Below the pieces are notes generated by a model. It was not told where the DNA came from. It did no database searches and saw only the letters and a program-made list of their open reading frames with translations. Shown here piece after piece: positions 19,343 through 28,119 of a DNA stretch of 64,000 nt. The stretch is taken from the IMG/VR virus record IMGVR_UViG_3300046171_000155. One strand, given 5' to 3'. The DNA is from a virus. The translations under genes and the position numbers were made by a program. Each line of letters opens with the position of its first letter. Position 1 is the first letter of the stretch.

Positions 19343-19350
19343 TATTTATA
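19343..19350 (-). promoter_or_regulatory. T4-type late promoter for tRNA-Ala and the candidate ncRNA
   Basis: TATAAATA 9 nt upstream of tRNA-Ala. Confidence 0.7.
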
Positions 19351-19352
19351 CT

Positions 19353-20766
19353 TTAGTCGCACCCAAGATCTTGACGCGACAATTCATCGTTGTTGATAGG
19401 ACAGTTGCCACTTGGTAACGACTCTGGCACATATCGCATCAACTCTGGATCATGCAAACCGTTCTCAAGGAACGCAACAAGGTTCGCAATCTCATCTTCG
19501 GTCAAGTCGAGCGGCGTAAACCGATAGTCAAGATCTGAGATCTCTACTTGCGGATGTTGGGGGACAGCATCGACTTTGTATCGCACGACATCTTCTACAC
19601 TAGAAAACGAAGCACCGTGACCGAATACGGTAGTATCTATAAGGTTGTAAAGAGGCGGAACTTTGAATGCGAACTTCTCCATCTCATCACCAGTGAACCC
19701 ACCACGACCCTCTCTAGTCGCATCGTTGACTTCACCTACTGTATCTTCCCAGATGTCCAGATCATGGAACCCGACAGTCATAAACACTTCGTCAGCCATC
19801 GCACCGACAGGGTGACGACAAGGCAGGTCCGTTGTGACATGTGTGACAGTTGCCTTTACCAAAGAACACCTCTGCGCCTGCGACTTCAGATTCAGTCATC
19901 GCAGTTTCGTCGCCTTTCAAGTATGCTTGGAAGGGTGCTTGGTTCGCAAGAATGGTTCGTTCGTATGCAGCGATTGCTAGTGCAGTTGCCTCTAACATAT
20001 CGTCGGGTTCTGCAATACCATACGCAGCCTCATACATCTCACGATAAGTTTCGTTGGTGCGCAGAATAGAGTCATCGGTGTCGCCCATACGATGCACACC
20101 TAGACCCGCAACTGCTTGTGTCTCTAGACCAGCGAAGTTACGCAGATTTGCTTCTTTAGGAGTGCCTTCTGTGAAGTGACGATCGGGATCAATACCGACG
20201 TTTACATTACCAGCGATGACGTTACCGAACTGACCGTTCCACAACATCACTTCTTGGTATGCGGTGTTCAATACTGTAGGTGACGTAACGGGTTGTACGT
20301 CGATGTCTTCTGGATTGACACCAGCTGCAATCATGCGGTGATCGAAACCGACACCACCCTCACCGATACCCTGACGAATACCAGACTTGAATCCGTTCTG
20401 TGCGTTGTGACAAGATGCACAAGAGAAAGTATCTTCCATACCCGCGATGTTGCCGTCGGTGATACCAGTCTCATGATAGATCAACTGACCGAGCGCAACT
20501 TTCTCTGCAGTAATAGGATTGCTTGGATCTTGTGGAATGCTGTCGAAGTCATCACTCTCTGGGAGAATGTACTCTTCATACGAACCGATCGTTGATGTCG
20601 AATCAAGTAATGTGAGCAGATTGTCACGCGCCTCGACTGCAGGGTCAACTGGAGTTACGGTTGGGGGAGTTACGACTACGGGGTTGGGAGCGGATGCGTT
20701 ATCTGCACCCCCTGAACACGCACTCAGGAGTGCAGTAGACACAGCTACAGTTAGTAGTTTCTTCAT
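19353..20766 (-). CDS. di-haem cytochrome c peroxidase/MauG-family lipoprotein (frameshifted near 19810)
   Basis: Lipobox LSAC; NPIT.EKVALG, CASCH, CHTCH, AFKVPPLYNL, GHG, LT.DEI.NLVAFL. Confidence 0.85.
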
Positions 20767-20810
20767 AATATAAGAGTCCTCTCAATTACTCTTTTTCAAT
20801 TTAGAACAGA

Positions 20811-20855
20811 ATTATATAATAGTCAGATAGTGTTTGTCAAGCGGTAATTTTACAC
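20811..20855 (-). promoter_or_regulatory. sigma70-type promoter
   Basis: TTGACA-18-TATAAT preceded by GTGTAAAATTACC. Confidence 0.65.
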
Positions 20856-20869
20856 TTTTTGAAAATAAA

Positions 20870-20957
20870 TGGCGGTGGGCGTAGGATTCGAACCTACGGA
20901 ACCTCTCGGTTCAACGGTTTTCAAGACCGCCGCTTTCGACCGCTCAGCCAGCCCACC
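20870..20957 (-). tRNA. tRNA-Ser(UGA)
   Basis: Cloverleaf with long variable arm, anticodon TGA, CCA end. Confidence 0.95.
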
Positions 20958-20962
20958 TAATT

Positions 20963-21211
20963 TTATGACTTGGGTTCTCTATAGAACCTTTTAGAAACTG
21001 CGTCCCACTCTTGTGGAGAGATATCATTGATTGATGACCTTGGTTTGGGATCTGCAAGATCTACAGTATTTCGTTCACGCAATTCGTTAGGATACTCTGG
21101 TGGAGTTCTAGTGTTTTGGTATCGATCAACACTTTCTGTCAACGCTTCGAATGTCTGATTCAACTCTTTGATGTTCTGTTGCATTCTCTGCAACTCTGCA
21201 ATGAAACTCAT
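20963..21211 (-). CDS. hypothetical coiled-coil protein
   Basis: GGAGG RBS; INDISPQEWD motif. Confidence 0.65.
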   Translation of the reverse strand: MSFIAELQRMQQNIKELNQTFEALTESVDRYQNTRTPPEYPNELRERNTVDLADPKPRSSINDISPQEWDAVSKRFYREPKS

Positions 21212-21224
21212 ATTGCCTCCATAA

Positions 21225-21247
21225 TAAGAAAGGGGGGTTACCTCCCC
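21225..21247 (-). terminator. possible intrinsic terminator
   Basis: GGGGAGG-TAA-CCCCCC followed by TTTCTT. Confidence 0.45.
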
Positions 21248-21299
21248 ATGTTGCTCCTGGGCACCACTGATTCAGTTATTTCAATAGGGGAATCAGACC

Positions 21300-21677
21300 C
21301 TAAGTCAATTCATCTTCACTCACATACCGATTGCGGTATGTCATTATAAACGCACCTATACTTAGTAGTACAATACCACCCGCTTCAAAGAGAATGATCG
21401 CAGGATCAAACTCTTTACTCTGCAAGATGATCATACGACTCAATGCAGTAGTTGCAATGATGATAGGTAATGTTGCAGGGATGCGGTGACTGCGATAGAA
21501 TATCGCAACCATGCCCACAACCTCTGCATAGATGAACAAGAGAAGCAGGTCAGTCAGTGCGACTGTCCGCGCAAGAATCAAAGTGTATATCTCTTCACCA
21601 ACAGCAAACACTGTTGCGAAGACGATCACACTCAAAATTAGTTTTTCAAACAAATCAAAAAAATGTGTCATAATCAA
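21300..21677 (-). CDS. psiE: phosphate-starvation-inducible PsiE-like membrane protein
   Basis: 4 TM; DLLLLFIYAEVVGMV...RIP..LPIIIA.TALSRMIIL. Confidence 0.8.
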   Translation of the reverse strand: MIMTHFFDLFEKLILSVIVFATVFAVGEEIYTLILARTVALTDLLLLFIYAEVVGMVAIFYRSHRIPATLPIIIATTALSRMIILQSKEFDPAIILFEAGGIVLLSIGAFIMTYRNRYVSEDELT

Positions 21678-21844
21678 ACCTCATATTTGAACCTTTCTGC
21701 AACAACATGGACGTATCCTGTTTGTGTCAGATTAGTCGGTATGCCATAGGTCTCGCAGTATTTCTGACAAGCACCTTCACTAGTGATTGCAGATACGAGA
21801 CCCATGAACTCGCCGTTGATATAAATTTTCCAAACCCCAGTCAT
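21674..21844 (-). CDS. small hypothetical protein (56 aa, not in ORF track)
   Basis: MTGVWKIYINGEFMGLVSAITSEGACQKYCETYG...; ATGA overlap with upstream ORF. Confidence 0.6.
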   Translation of the reverse strand: MTGVWKIYINGEFMGLVSAITSEGACQKYCETYGIPTNLTQTGYVHVVAERFKYEV

Positions 21845-22002
21845 GCTCGTTTTGCAAAGATGTCGTCAAAAGAGAGACCAGAGTATTTGCTCGCACTTCT
21901 GCTGTGTATGTTATACCAGCGTTCTCGTGCTCCGTACTCTGTTAGTGAATAGGTTAGACCTACTTGAATACCCTTGTAGAAGATTTTCCATTCGTGTATC
22001 AT
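21841..22002 (-). CDS. small hypothetical protein (53 aa, not in ORF track)
   Basis: MIHEWKIFYKGIQVGLTYSLTEYGARERWY...; AAGGA RBS. Confidence 0.6.
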   Translation of the reverse strand: MIHEWKIFYKGIQVGLTYSLTEYGARERWYNIHSRSASKYSGLSFDDIFAKRA

Positions 22003-22015
22003 AACATTTCCTTAT

Positions 22016-22092
22016 TGGTCGGAGATGTAGGATTCGAACCTACGACCCCCGCATCCCAAATGCGGTGCGCTACCAGACTGCGCCAATCTCCG
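22016..22092 (-). tRNA. tRNA-Pro(UGG)
   Basis: CGGAGATTGGCGCAG...TTGGG...GGTTCGAATCC...CCA. Confidence 0.95.
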
Positions 22093-22305
22093 TTAACTGT
22101 TTGAAACAAACTCGTTGATGACTTTTACCCTTTCCATGATATCTTCCATAGTGGGATATGTCGGAAACTCTGGGATGGTATCAACGCCACCAGTTTCAAT
22201 CAAGACTTCTCGGCGATTTACTTTAGCCCAGTACTCATCTGTTAGGACATTTCTTGCTTCGTTAAAAATTTGGAACCGAAGTTCATATGGATTTGTATTA
22301 GACAT
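22093..22305 (-). CDS. conserved small phage protein
   Basis: MSNTNPYELR...YPT...INEFVS; AAGGAG RBS with a CA-rich leader. Confidence 0.7.
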   Translation of the reverse strand: MSNTNPYELRFQIFNEARNVLTDEYWAKVNRREVLIETGGVDTIPEFPTYPTMEDIMERVKVINEFVSNS

Positions 22306-22404
22306 AATTGTCTCCTTGTGTGTGTTGTGTGTTGAGCAGTTTTCCACATACTCAGGTGACGGGCGTAACGACCAGAGTGAGTTTAGAGTCATCTCAGGAC
22401 TAAT

Positions 22405-22488
22405 TGGTGGGGAGGGGTGGATTCGAACCACCGAAGCTCTCGCGTCAGATTTACAGTCTGATCCATTTGGCCGCTCTGGAACCTCCCC
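22405..22488 (-). tRNA. tRNA-Tyr(GUA)
   Basis: Cloverleaf, anticodon GTA, variable arm, CCA. Confidence 0.95.
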
Positions 22489-22493
22489 GATGT

Positions 22494-22691
22494 TTAGTCG
22501 AGGATAATCTCCTCGCGATTCTTCTTAGCGGGTTGACGAATGCCAAGGTAAGTTTCGAGAATCTCGATCTCCTTGTCCTTACGCTTCTGCCACTGTTTCT
22601 CAGTACGTCCGTTCTTCTCAAAGAACGTTGACGTCTGAAGACGTTCGAGTGCACCTTCACGTCGGCGCTTAACTACATGCTTACCTCGCAT
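22494..22691 (-). CDS. small basic hypothetical protein
   Basis: RRREGALERL; GGAG RBS. Confidence 0.6.
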   Translation of the reverse strand: MRGKHVVKRRREGALERLQTSTFFEKNGRTEKQWQKRKDKEIEILETYLGIRQPAKKNREEIILD

Positions 22692-22692
22692 A

Positions 22693-22911
22693 TCACTCCT
22701 CTTCTTTTAGTGGTTGAAGTTCTTCATAGAGAACACACCAAGTTTGAACTTTCTCTTCATCGGCACACATTATTGTGCCATAATAGGGAATACATCTCTC
22801 TTGAACTATTACCCTAGACTTCCAATCAAGACATATTCTTTCATCTTCATTGGCAACAATTATACTACAACCTACTATAAATGTCAATACTGCAACAACA
22901 AGAAATCTCAT
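22693..22911 (-). CDS. small Cys-containing exported protein or lipoprotein
   Basis: Signal-like N-terminus IVGC plus four further Cys. Confidence 0.55.
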   Translation of the reverse strand: MRFLVVAVLTFIVGCSIIVANEDERICLDWKSRVIVQERCIPYYGTIMCADEEKVQTWCVLYEELQPLKEEE

Positions 22912-22927
22912 AATTTTCTCTCAAAGT

Positions 22928-23004
22928 TGGCGGAGCGGACGGGACTCGAACCCGCGACCCCCGGCGTGACAGGCCGGTATTCTAACCAACTGAACTACCG
23001 CTCC
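22928..23004 (-). tRNA. tRNA-Asp(GUC)
   Basis: GGAGCGGTAGTTCAG...CTGTCAC...GGTTCGAGTCC...CCA. Confidence 0.95.
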
Positions 23005-23384
23005 TAATAAGGTTTGAGGCCTTCTTTGCCCCGATGGTATCTCCCCCATATGCAGTGTGCAACTTCGTGTCCAATCAACTCAGGTTCCCACTGCCACTCG
23101 GGATCCTTTATGTACACGGTGCACTCGCCGGTCTCAGGAATCCAGAGAGTAAACGCACTCACTGTGTCCCATTGTATGCCTAGTTTCTGTCGTCTGGCTG
23201 AATTGTACTCGGCTTCGTTTTTGAGTAAAACAAAATGAACTTGTGGATGCAAGTTCTCGTATTCCTTTTCTAGGAACTTATAATCATCCGTACCGTAACG
23301 GTACGCATTGGTGACTCCTGTTCCGGCACAACCGGAGAGGATTAAACTAATCGCTATCGTGAACGTGTAGTTGAATAAGCGCAT
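23004..23384 (-). CDS. lipoprotein with HExxH motif
   Basis: Lipobox LSGC; GHEVAHC..GRYH. Confidence 0.65.
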   Translation of the reverse strand: MRLFNYTFTIAISLILSGCAGTGVTNAYRYGTDDYKFLEKEYENLHPQVHFVLLKNEAEYNSARRQKLGIQWDTVSAFTLWIPETGECTVYIKDPEWQWEPELIGHEVAHCIWGRYHRGKEGLKPY

Positions 23385-23628
23385 AATGCAAAACCTTCAT
23401 TAGATCTTTCCGCGCATCGTCACGAGTCCCCTTCTTTCCGTAACGCTGTGCGTACTTTAGTACATTACCGATACAGAAACCTGTACCATGACCCCCATCA
23501 ATAATAAATTCTGTCGCCTGAAACTTCTCTTTGGCGTAGTGTTGGTTATATGTAGCGTCCACATAAGACTTGAATTCTGCGATCAACTTATCTTCATTGA
23601 ACTTATAATCAATTTTTTTAGATGCCAT
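23347..23628 (-). CDS. DUF3310-like protein
   Basis: YKFNE...TYNQHY...GFCIGNVLKYAQRYGKK...DLMKVLHY. Confidence 0.75.
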   Translation of the reverse strand: MASKKIDYKFNEDKLIAEFKSYVDATYNQHYAKEKFQATEFIIDGGHGTGFCIGNVLKYAQRYGKKGTRDDARKDLMKVLHYALIQLHVHDSD

Positions 23629-23936
23629 TACCACTCCCTCAAAATAGTTGTTGCAATCATAAACCCAGAGACCGCATTCAGCATAATGAGTGCGCGATCT
23701 TTCCAGATAACTGATACCCAAGTCCATAGTATAATACCTACGAACCCGATAGTCAAGTCATACATTCGAAATTCTGGTCCAGCAGAACGCATCGCAAGAG
23801 ATGCGAGAATAAGAATAGACGCAGCCCACTTCAAGTACCAATCGAAGTTCTCGGGCCACCACTCTCTGTCTGGTTTGTTGCGACCGTCCGCTCTCACCAT
23901 CGGGTCACCTCTTCCTGTCTTAGGCATTTTCTTCAA
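23628..23936 (-). CDS. small membrane protein (DUF6552-like)
   Basis: DWYLKWAAS...WKDRALIMLN; 3 TM. Confidence 0.65.
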   Translation of the reverse strand: MKKMPKTGRGDPMVRADGRNKPDREWWPENFDWYLKWAASILILASLAMRSAGPEFRMYDLTIGFVGIILWTWVSVIWKDRALIMLNAVSGFMIATTILREW

Positions 23937-24520
23937 TAACCTCCAAGGTTAAGTTGTTTTGTGCACCATTCTATGTGCTCTTTCATCTGCTGTACAGTCA
24001 ATGCCTTTGCATACTCTTTGATCATAACCTCTGGACCCTGACGTCCATCTAGATCAGGGAGTGATCCATAAACACTCTTATACTCTTTCAGCATTTCTGA
24101 CTCTTTCGCATGAGCGAGAAGTTTTACTGCATCACCATAACCCATGGGGAAGTATGCGACATAAAGGTGTCGCTTATACTCTTCACCAAACATAGCACGG
24201 AAGTACATGCCATTCTCATAAGGGTTTTTCTGAGACAAACCTCGCATAATAGTGCCTGAAAAGTCTAAAGTTCTCGAGCAGATTCCACGAGCCTTAGAAG
24301 AACCACCAGTACCAATATACTTAACACGAGGGTCTAAATGATCAGGAGTATCGTTCATGATCTCTCCAGTTTCATCATAAGCATAGAGGTAACAACCGCC
24401 CATGTTAAAACCGTTGGAATCTTTTTTAGCGAACCCCACATACTTATCGTCGAACTTCGCGCGAGTATCGTTAGGGAAAATAGGAACCCACTTAGTCCAA
24501 ACATTCAAATCATTCATCAC
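23933..24520 (-). CDS. hypothetical protein, possibly GIY-YIG-like
   Basis: GGCYLY...VKYIG...R...E pattern. Confidence 0.5.
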   Translation of the reverse strand: MMNDLNVWTKWVPIFPNDTRAKFDDKYVGFAKKDSNGFNMGGCYLYAYDETGEIMNDTPDHLDPRVKYIGTGGSSKARGICSRTLDFSGTIMRGLSQKNPYENGMYFRAMFGEEYKRHLYVAYFPMGYGDAVKLLAHAKESEMLKEYKSVYGSLPDLDGRQGPEVMIKEYAKALTVQQMKEHIEWCTKQLNLGGY

Positions 24521-24546
24521 TCAACTCCTCATCAATTTACACATAT

Positions 24547-24594
24547 AGTATAGTACATGTTGTAAAAATAAGCAACAGGCAATTTAGGTAATTT
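24547..24594 (-). promoter_or_regulatory. early promoter with upstream AAATTACCTAAATT box
   Basis: TTGCTT-17-TATACT; box spacing identical to 1522-1569. Confidence 0.65.
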
Positions 24595-24613
24595 TACACA
24601 TTTCTTCGAAGGA

Positions 24614-25102
24614 TCAAGCTAAAAACTCTTCAAGTGTAGAAGGTGTAGAAAGTTCCAAAATAGGTTTCTGTTCGCTATAGTAAACAGATTTATTTTTACT
24701 TCTAGAAACCCATCTAAGATTTTCAGCGCGAAAATCATTCTTAATAGCATTGATGTGATCAATTTCCCAAAGTTCTTTGTCTATCAAGGATTTTACTGAT
24801 GTTGGGGTTTTAATCCAATCTTCTTTGGATATCCCTTCAGGTATTGGTTTTTTGACCCAAGCAGATGCCACTAACTGATGTACATTTGGATTCTTAGATT
24901 TACCGTTCATCCTAACGCCTACTTTGGGGTATGGTGTGTTGCCGCACACCCGAGGCGTCATGAACTTATTTGTCAGTAAACTATAGATTTTTCCACAAGA
25001 AGAAACCAGATAATTTTTCAGCATCTCTCCTTTATAATAAGGGTGTCTATATTCTATTCTGTTGATCGTCCGTTCTGCTTTCATGTCAAAGTTCCTCATC
25101 AA
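24614..25102 (-). CDS. HNH (NUMOD4-type) endonuclease
   Basis: YLVSSCGKI, VHQLVA, IDHIN..KND..AENLRWV..S.N. Confidence 0.8.
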   Translation of the reverse strand: MMRNFDMKAERTINRIEYRHPYYKGEMLKNYLVSSCGKIYSLLTNKFMTPRVCGNTPYPKVGVRMNGKSKNPNVHQLVASAWVKKPIPEGISKEDWIKTPTSVKSLIDKELWEIDHINAIKNDFRAENLRWVSRSKNKSVYYSEQKPILELSTPSTLEEFLA

Positions 25103-25155
25103 TTTACAAAGGAATTATACATAATTAAAACAAGTTGGGCAACAACTTTCTGATA

Positions 25156-25722
25156 CTAATTTGGAATAGTGCTATAACTTTTCAGTATATAGTCTACGAT
25201 AGTCTTAGTGTCTTCGGGTGTTTCGTGTTTGAAGTCGACAACACACCCTTTCTCCTCGCCGAAGACTGTTTGCTTATCACCAAATTGCTCAATGATGTTC
25301 TGGCATTTGGTTTGAGTCGTCTTGATGAATTTCTCTGATTGGTTTGACCCTCTCTTCTCATACCGACGTTCACGTTCCTCTTTGGAGGAAGTTATGTGGA
25401 CTATGGTTAGGTGAGGTTCACAACAATGGAAAAATGTCTTGTTGTTAAGCCGGTCGCCTTCTCCGACTATGAACTCATCAGGTCGAGTCGAGATCCAGTC
25501 TACTGCTCTAGGTGGCACTGCCATACTTAACCTGTCAGTGCCGTCGAAAGTCCCTTCGTTGTCGTCTTCATACTTACCCAGAACACGCAGGTTTCCTGCC
25601 ACATGCGTATCAAGCAACTCAACAACCCGCTCTTGTTTCCAATCATTAAACCGACTCATCAGTTCTTTCATGATAGTCGACTTGCCAGTTCCAGGCATAC
25701 CAATGATGTAAAAGATCTTCAT
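25156..25722 (-). CDS. P-loop nucleotide kinase (DNA-modification associated)
   Basis: GMPGTGKST, GTDRLSMAV, EGDRL and RGSNQ; ATGA overlap with the TET/JBP gene. Confidence 0.8.
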   Translation of the reverse strand: MKIFYIIGMPGTGKSTIMKELMSRFNDWKQERVVELLDTHVAGNLRVLGKYEDDNEGTFDGTDRLSMAVPPRAVDWISTRPDEFIVGEGDRLNNKTFFHCCEPHLTIVHITSSKEERERRYEKRGSNQSEKFIKTTQTKCQNIIEQFGDKQTVFGEEKGCVVDFKHETPEDTKTIVDYILKSYSTIPN

Positions 25723-27137
25723 GCGAAAAAGTCCTCAAGTGATATTTCTTCTTTCATCGCAACTGCTTCAGGATGATAGAGACGAAGCATATCTTCTCCA
25801 CCGCGTTGAGTCAAGTACTCATACCACTCTTCTTCACCCCACATACTTGGAGAAACGCCATTCCAATATGGTCTCCAGAGTCTATGGTCTTCGTTTTTAC
25901 GACGGTCGTCGACATAATCGCGACGTAGATGCTCATAGTCCCAAGAACCAAGTTTCATCATATCCTCACGGAAGTAGAACACGAGCGACATACGCAGTAG
26001 ATCATCTACACCGGAGTCTGGTGCCTCAATAGGAGTATTACCATGAATGATGCGCATGTTATCGACCAGAAGTAGATCGCCTGGACGGACATTAATAGCG
26101 GCACGAACCTCTGGTGTAACAAGATATCCACCCTTCCAGTCTTTCTTACCGTCGCTGATCACAGTCAGGTTTGAGAACCCTTCGTTAAGTGACCCAGCAT
26201 CTCGGTGACATGCCATCCGAGCATTACGTTCGCTAGTAGTGGTGTTGACGGTGATCGTGGTAAAGGTTGTGTCCTCGCCAATCAAGAACTTGTTATCAAG
26301 TTGGTCCGAAAACCCTTTCTGATTACCGTATCGACTTGGCAGTAACTCACGGAATACTTTGTCGAGTCGACGCGCAAACGGATAACACTTCTCAAACTTC
26401 TCACGGTGATGGTCGGTGTATGCTGTCGCACGACCATATGGGATGCGAGGGTATCGACCATAGAACCCAGCGATACCGGACCAGATAGCAGTAGCATAGT
26501 TGGTCGAAGAGATCATCTCCTTTCTAACACTTTTAGCATAAGCAGAAGCTTCCTCAATAGACATACCCGCCAGCTTATCCATCATCTTCGGGAAGAACTC
26601 TTTATATGAACCAAACTCTGGTTCAACCTTGGTGCGCAACCAAACACCACCACGGATCTCATCTTCTGCTTTCTCGTGTTTCTTCTCAAAATTCTCGAGC
26701 ATATCTCCACCTTCTAGATCAAGCGGTTGATTCTGCTCATACCAAGCAAGAACGTCTTGCTGGAATCCAGTCACCCAATCACGGTTGCCCTGAGTTTCTT
26801 CGCGTGGACCTGCTGCCATACCTCGGTTGTTAGACTCGATCGCGGCATCGAACAGACCTTCGAACGCACCGTCTTGCTCATCTTGTGTGAATACGTTTTT
26901 GCGAAACTTAAACGCGACATTAGACTCATCCTCTACGGGAGTGTCGTTGAACATCGCATTACCTGATGGAAGATAGAAGTCAGTATCCCCATCAACTAAA
27001 ATATCATATGATTCTTCGTTCGCGAACTGCCCCAAGATCTTTTCTTGTGGTTCTACAAACTGGGCAACATAAACATCCTGCCCTTCGTCACCCTTGTACT
27101 TCTTCCAAGAGCGACCATTAATTTCAATTAATTCCAT
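25719..27137 (-). CDS. TET/JBP-family 2OG-Fe(II) dioxygenase
   Basis: FTTITVN...ACHRDAG (HxD), GGYLV.PE, PGDLLL...HGNTPI and RMSLVFYFRE. Confidence 0.82.
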   Translation of the reverse strand: MELIEINGRSWKKYKGDEGQDVYVAQFVEPQEKILGQFANEESYDILVDGDTDFYLPSGNAMFNDTPVEDESNVAFKFRKNVFTQDEQDGAFEGLFDAAIESNNRGMAAGPREETQGNRDWVTGFQQDVLAWYEQNQPLDLEGGDMLENFEKKHEKAEDEIRGGVWLRTKVEPEFGSYKEFFPKMMDKLAGMSIEEASAYAKSVRKEMISSTNYATAIWSGIAGFYGRYPRIPYGRATAYTDHHREKFEKCYPFARRLDKVFRELLPSRYGNQKGFSDQLDNKFLIGEDTTFTTITVNTTTSERNARMACHRDAGSLNEGFSNLTVISDGKKDWKGGYLVTPEVRAAINVRPGDLLLVDNMRIIHGNTPIEAPDSGVDDLLRMSLVFYFREDMMKLGSWDYEHLRRDYVDDRRKNEDHRLWRPYWNGVSPSMWGEEEWYEYLTQRGGEDMLRLYHPEAVAMKEEISLEDFFA

Positions 27138-28119
27138 AAAATTCCTCTAAACCTATAGATTGATTACGGGGATCGAAATCTCCAGTATCCAAGAATAACT
27201 CCATTCTACTCTTATCAATCGAGTTTGTCAAGTACTCTACTGGTATTTTTTCTTGCCTAGCATCCCACATTGGTCGCCAATCAATACCAGACCAATTGTC
27301 TTTCTCGACCTTCTTAATTTCTTCGGCCTGTCTGTCAAGGTAGTATCCAAGATACCTACCGTCTCGTTTTCGGAACAACTTCTTGAAAGAACACAGCGCG
27401 GTTTCCATAGCAAAATAGTCTGCGGTTCCTTTTACTTTAGGAAATTGTTGCTTCACTTCCGCAAGTAACTCCCGTCCTTCAGACTCTAGAAAATCGACCT
27501 GAGTTTGGTCGAGTTTTTGATCGATCCATTCTTCCTTGCCTACCGCATAGCACAACCCATTGCGGTGAGACCTAGAACCGCTGTAGTCATGTAACCACAA
27601 ACTGTCTACGTCGACGTCAATATTACAGCACTGCTTCAGCGTCTGGATATAGAACCATGAAGAGTATCGACCGAACTTATGCCAAGAGTTTACTGTATCC
27701 CAAAGCGAATAAAAGTCTTTGGTCGGATCACCTACAAAGTTCTCGGTCAATGCCTCACGTTGCGTGCGCTCTCCAACAAACTCTTTGTATGAGATAAACT
27801 GTGACGGTAGGTGTCCCTTGTTCCACTTAGTGTCGGTCTGATACCGGAGACGTTTGTAGTTTTCGTTGTTCCACTCGGTGAGTCGTTCGACGCCAACGAG
27901 TTCCATATCAGGGAATTCGTTCCAGACAACATAGGAAGTCGGCCAGTAGTATGTTGTCCCATATAACCAAGACAACCAAAGTTTTTGCTCTGTGTTGTAT
28001 TCGAACCGATCGAAGAAGTAGTTTGTCATAAACAGCGCGGAGTCGCAGTCTTCTATTTCTAAAGACTTTCCGAACCAATCAACAAACGCTTCCTTACGGT
28101 TTTCGCGGTAGTCAATCAA
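27124..28119 (-). CDS. amino acid:DNA transferase (aGPT-Pplase2/ADDT family)
   Basis: WLYGTTY, YQTDTKW, FGRYSSWFY, GSRSHRNGL, METALCSFKK and RYLGYYLDRQ. Confidence 0.78.
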   Translation of the reverse strand: MIDYRENRKEAFVDWFGKSLEIEDCDSALFMTNYFFDRFEYNTEQKLWLSWLYGTTYYWPTSYVVWNEFPDMELVGVERLTEWNNENYKRLRYQTDTKWNKGHLPSQFISYKEFVGERTQREALTENFVGDPTKDFYSLWDTVNSWHKFGRYSSWFYIQTLKQCCNIDVDVDSLWLHDYSGSRSHRNGLCYAVGKEEWIDQKLDQTQVDFLESEGRELLAEVKQQFPKVKGTADYFAMETALCSFKKLFRKRDGRYLGYYLDRQAEEIKKVEKDNWSGIDWRPMWDARQEKIPVEYLTNSIDKSRMELFLDTGDFDPRNQSIGLEEFYGIN

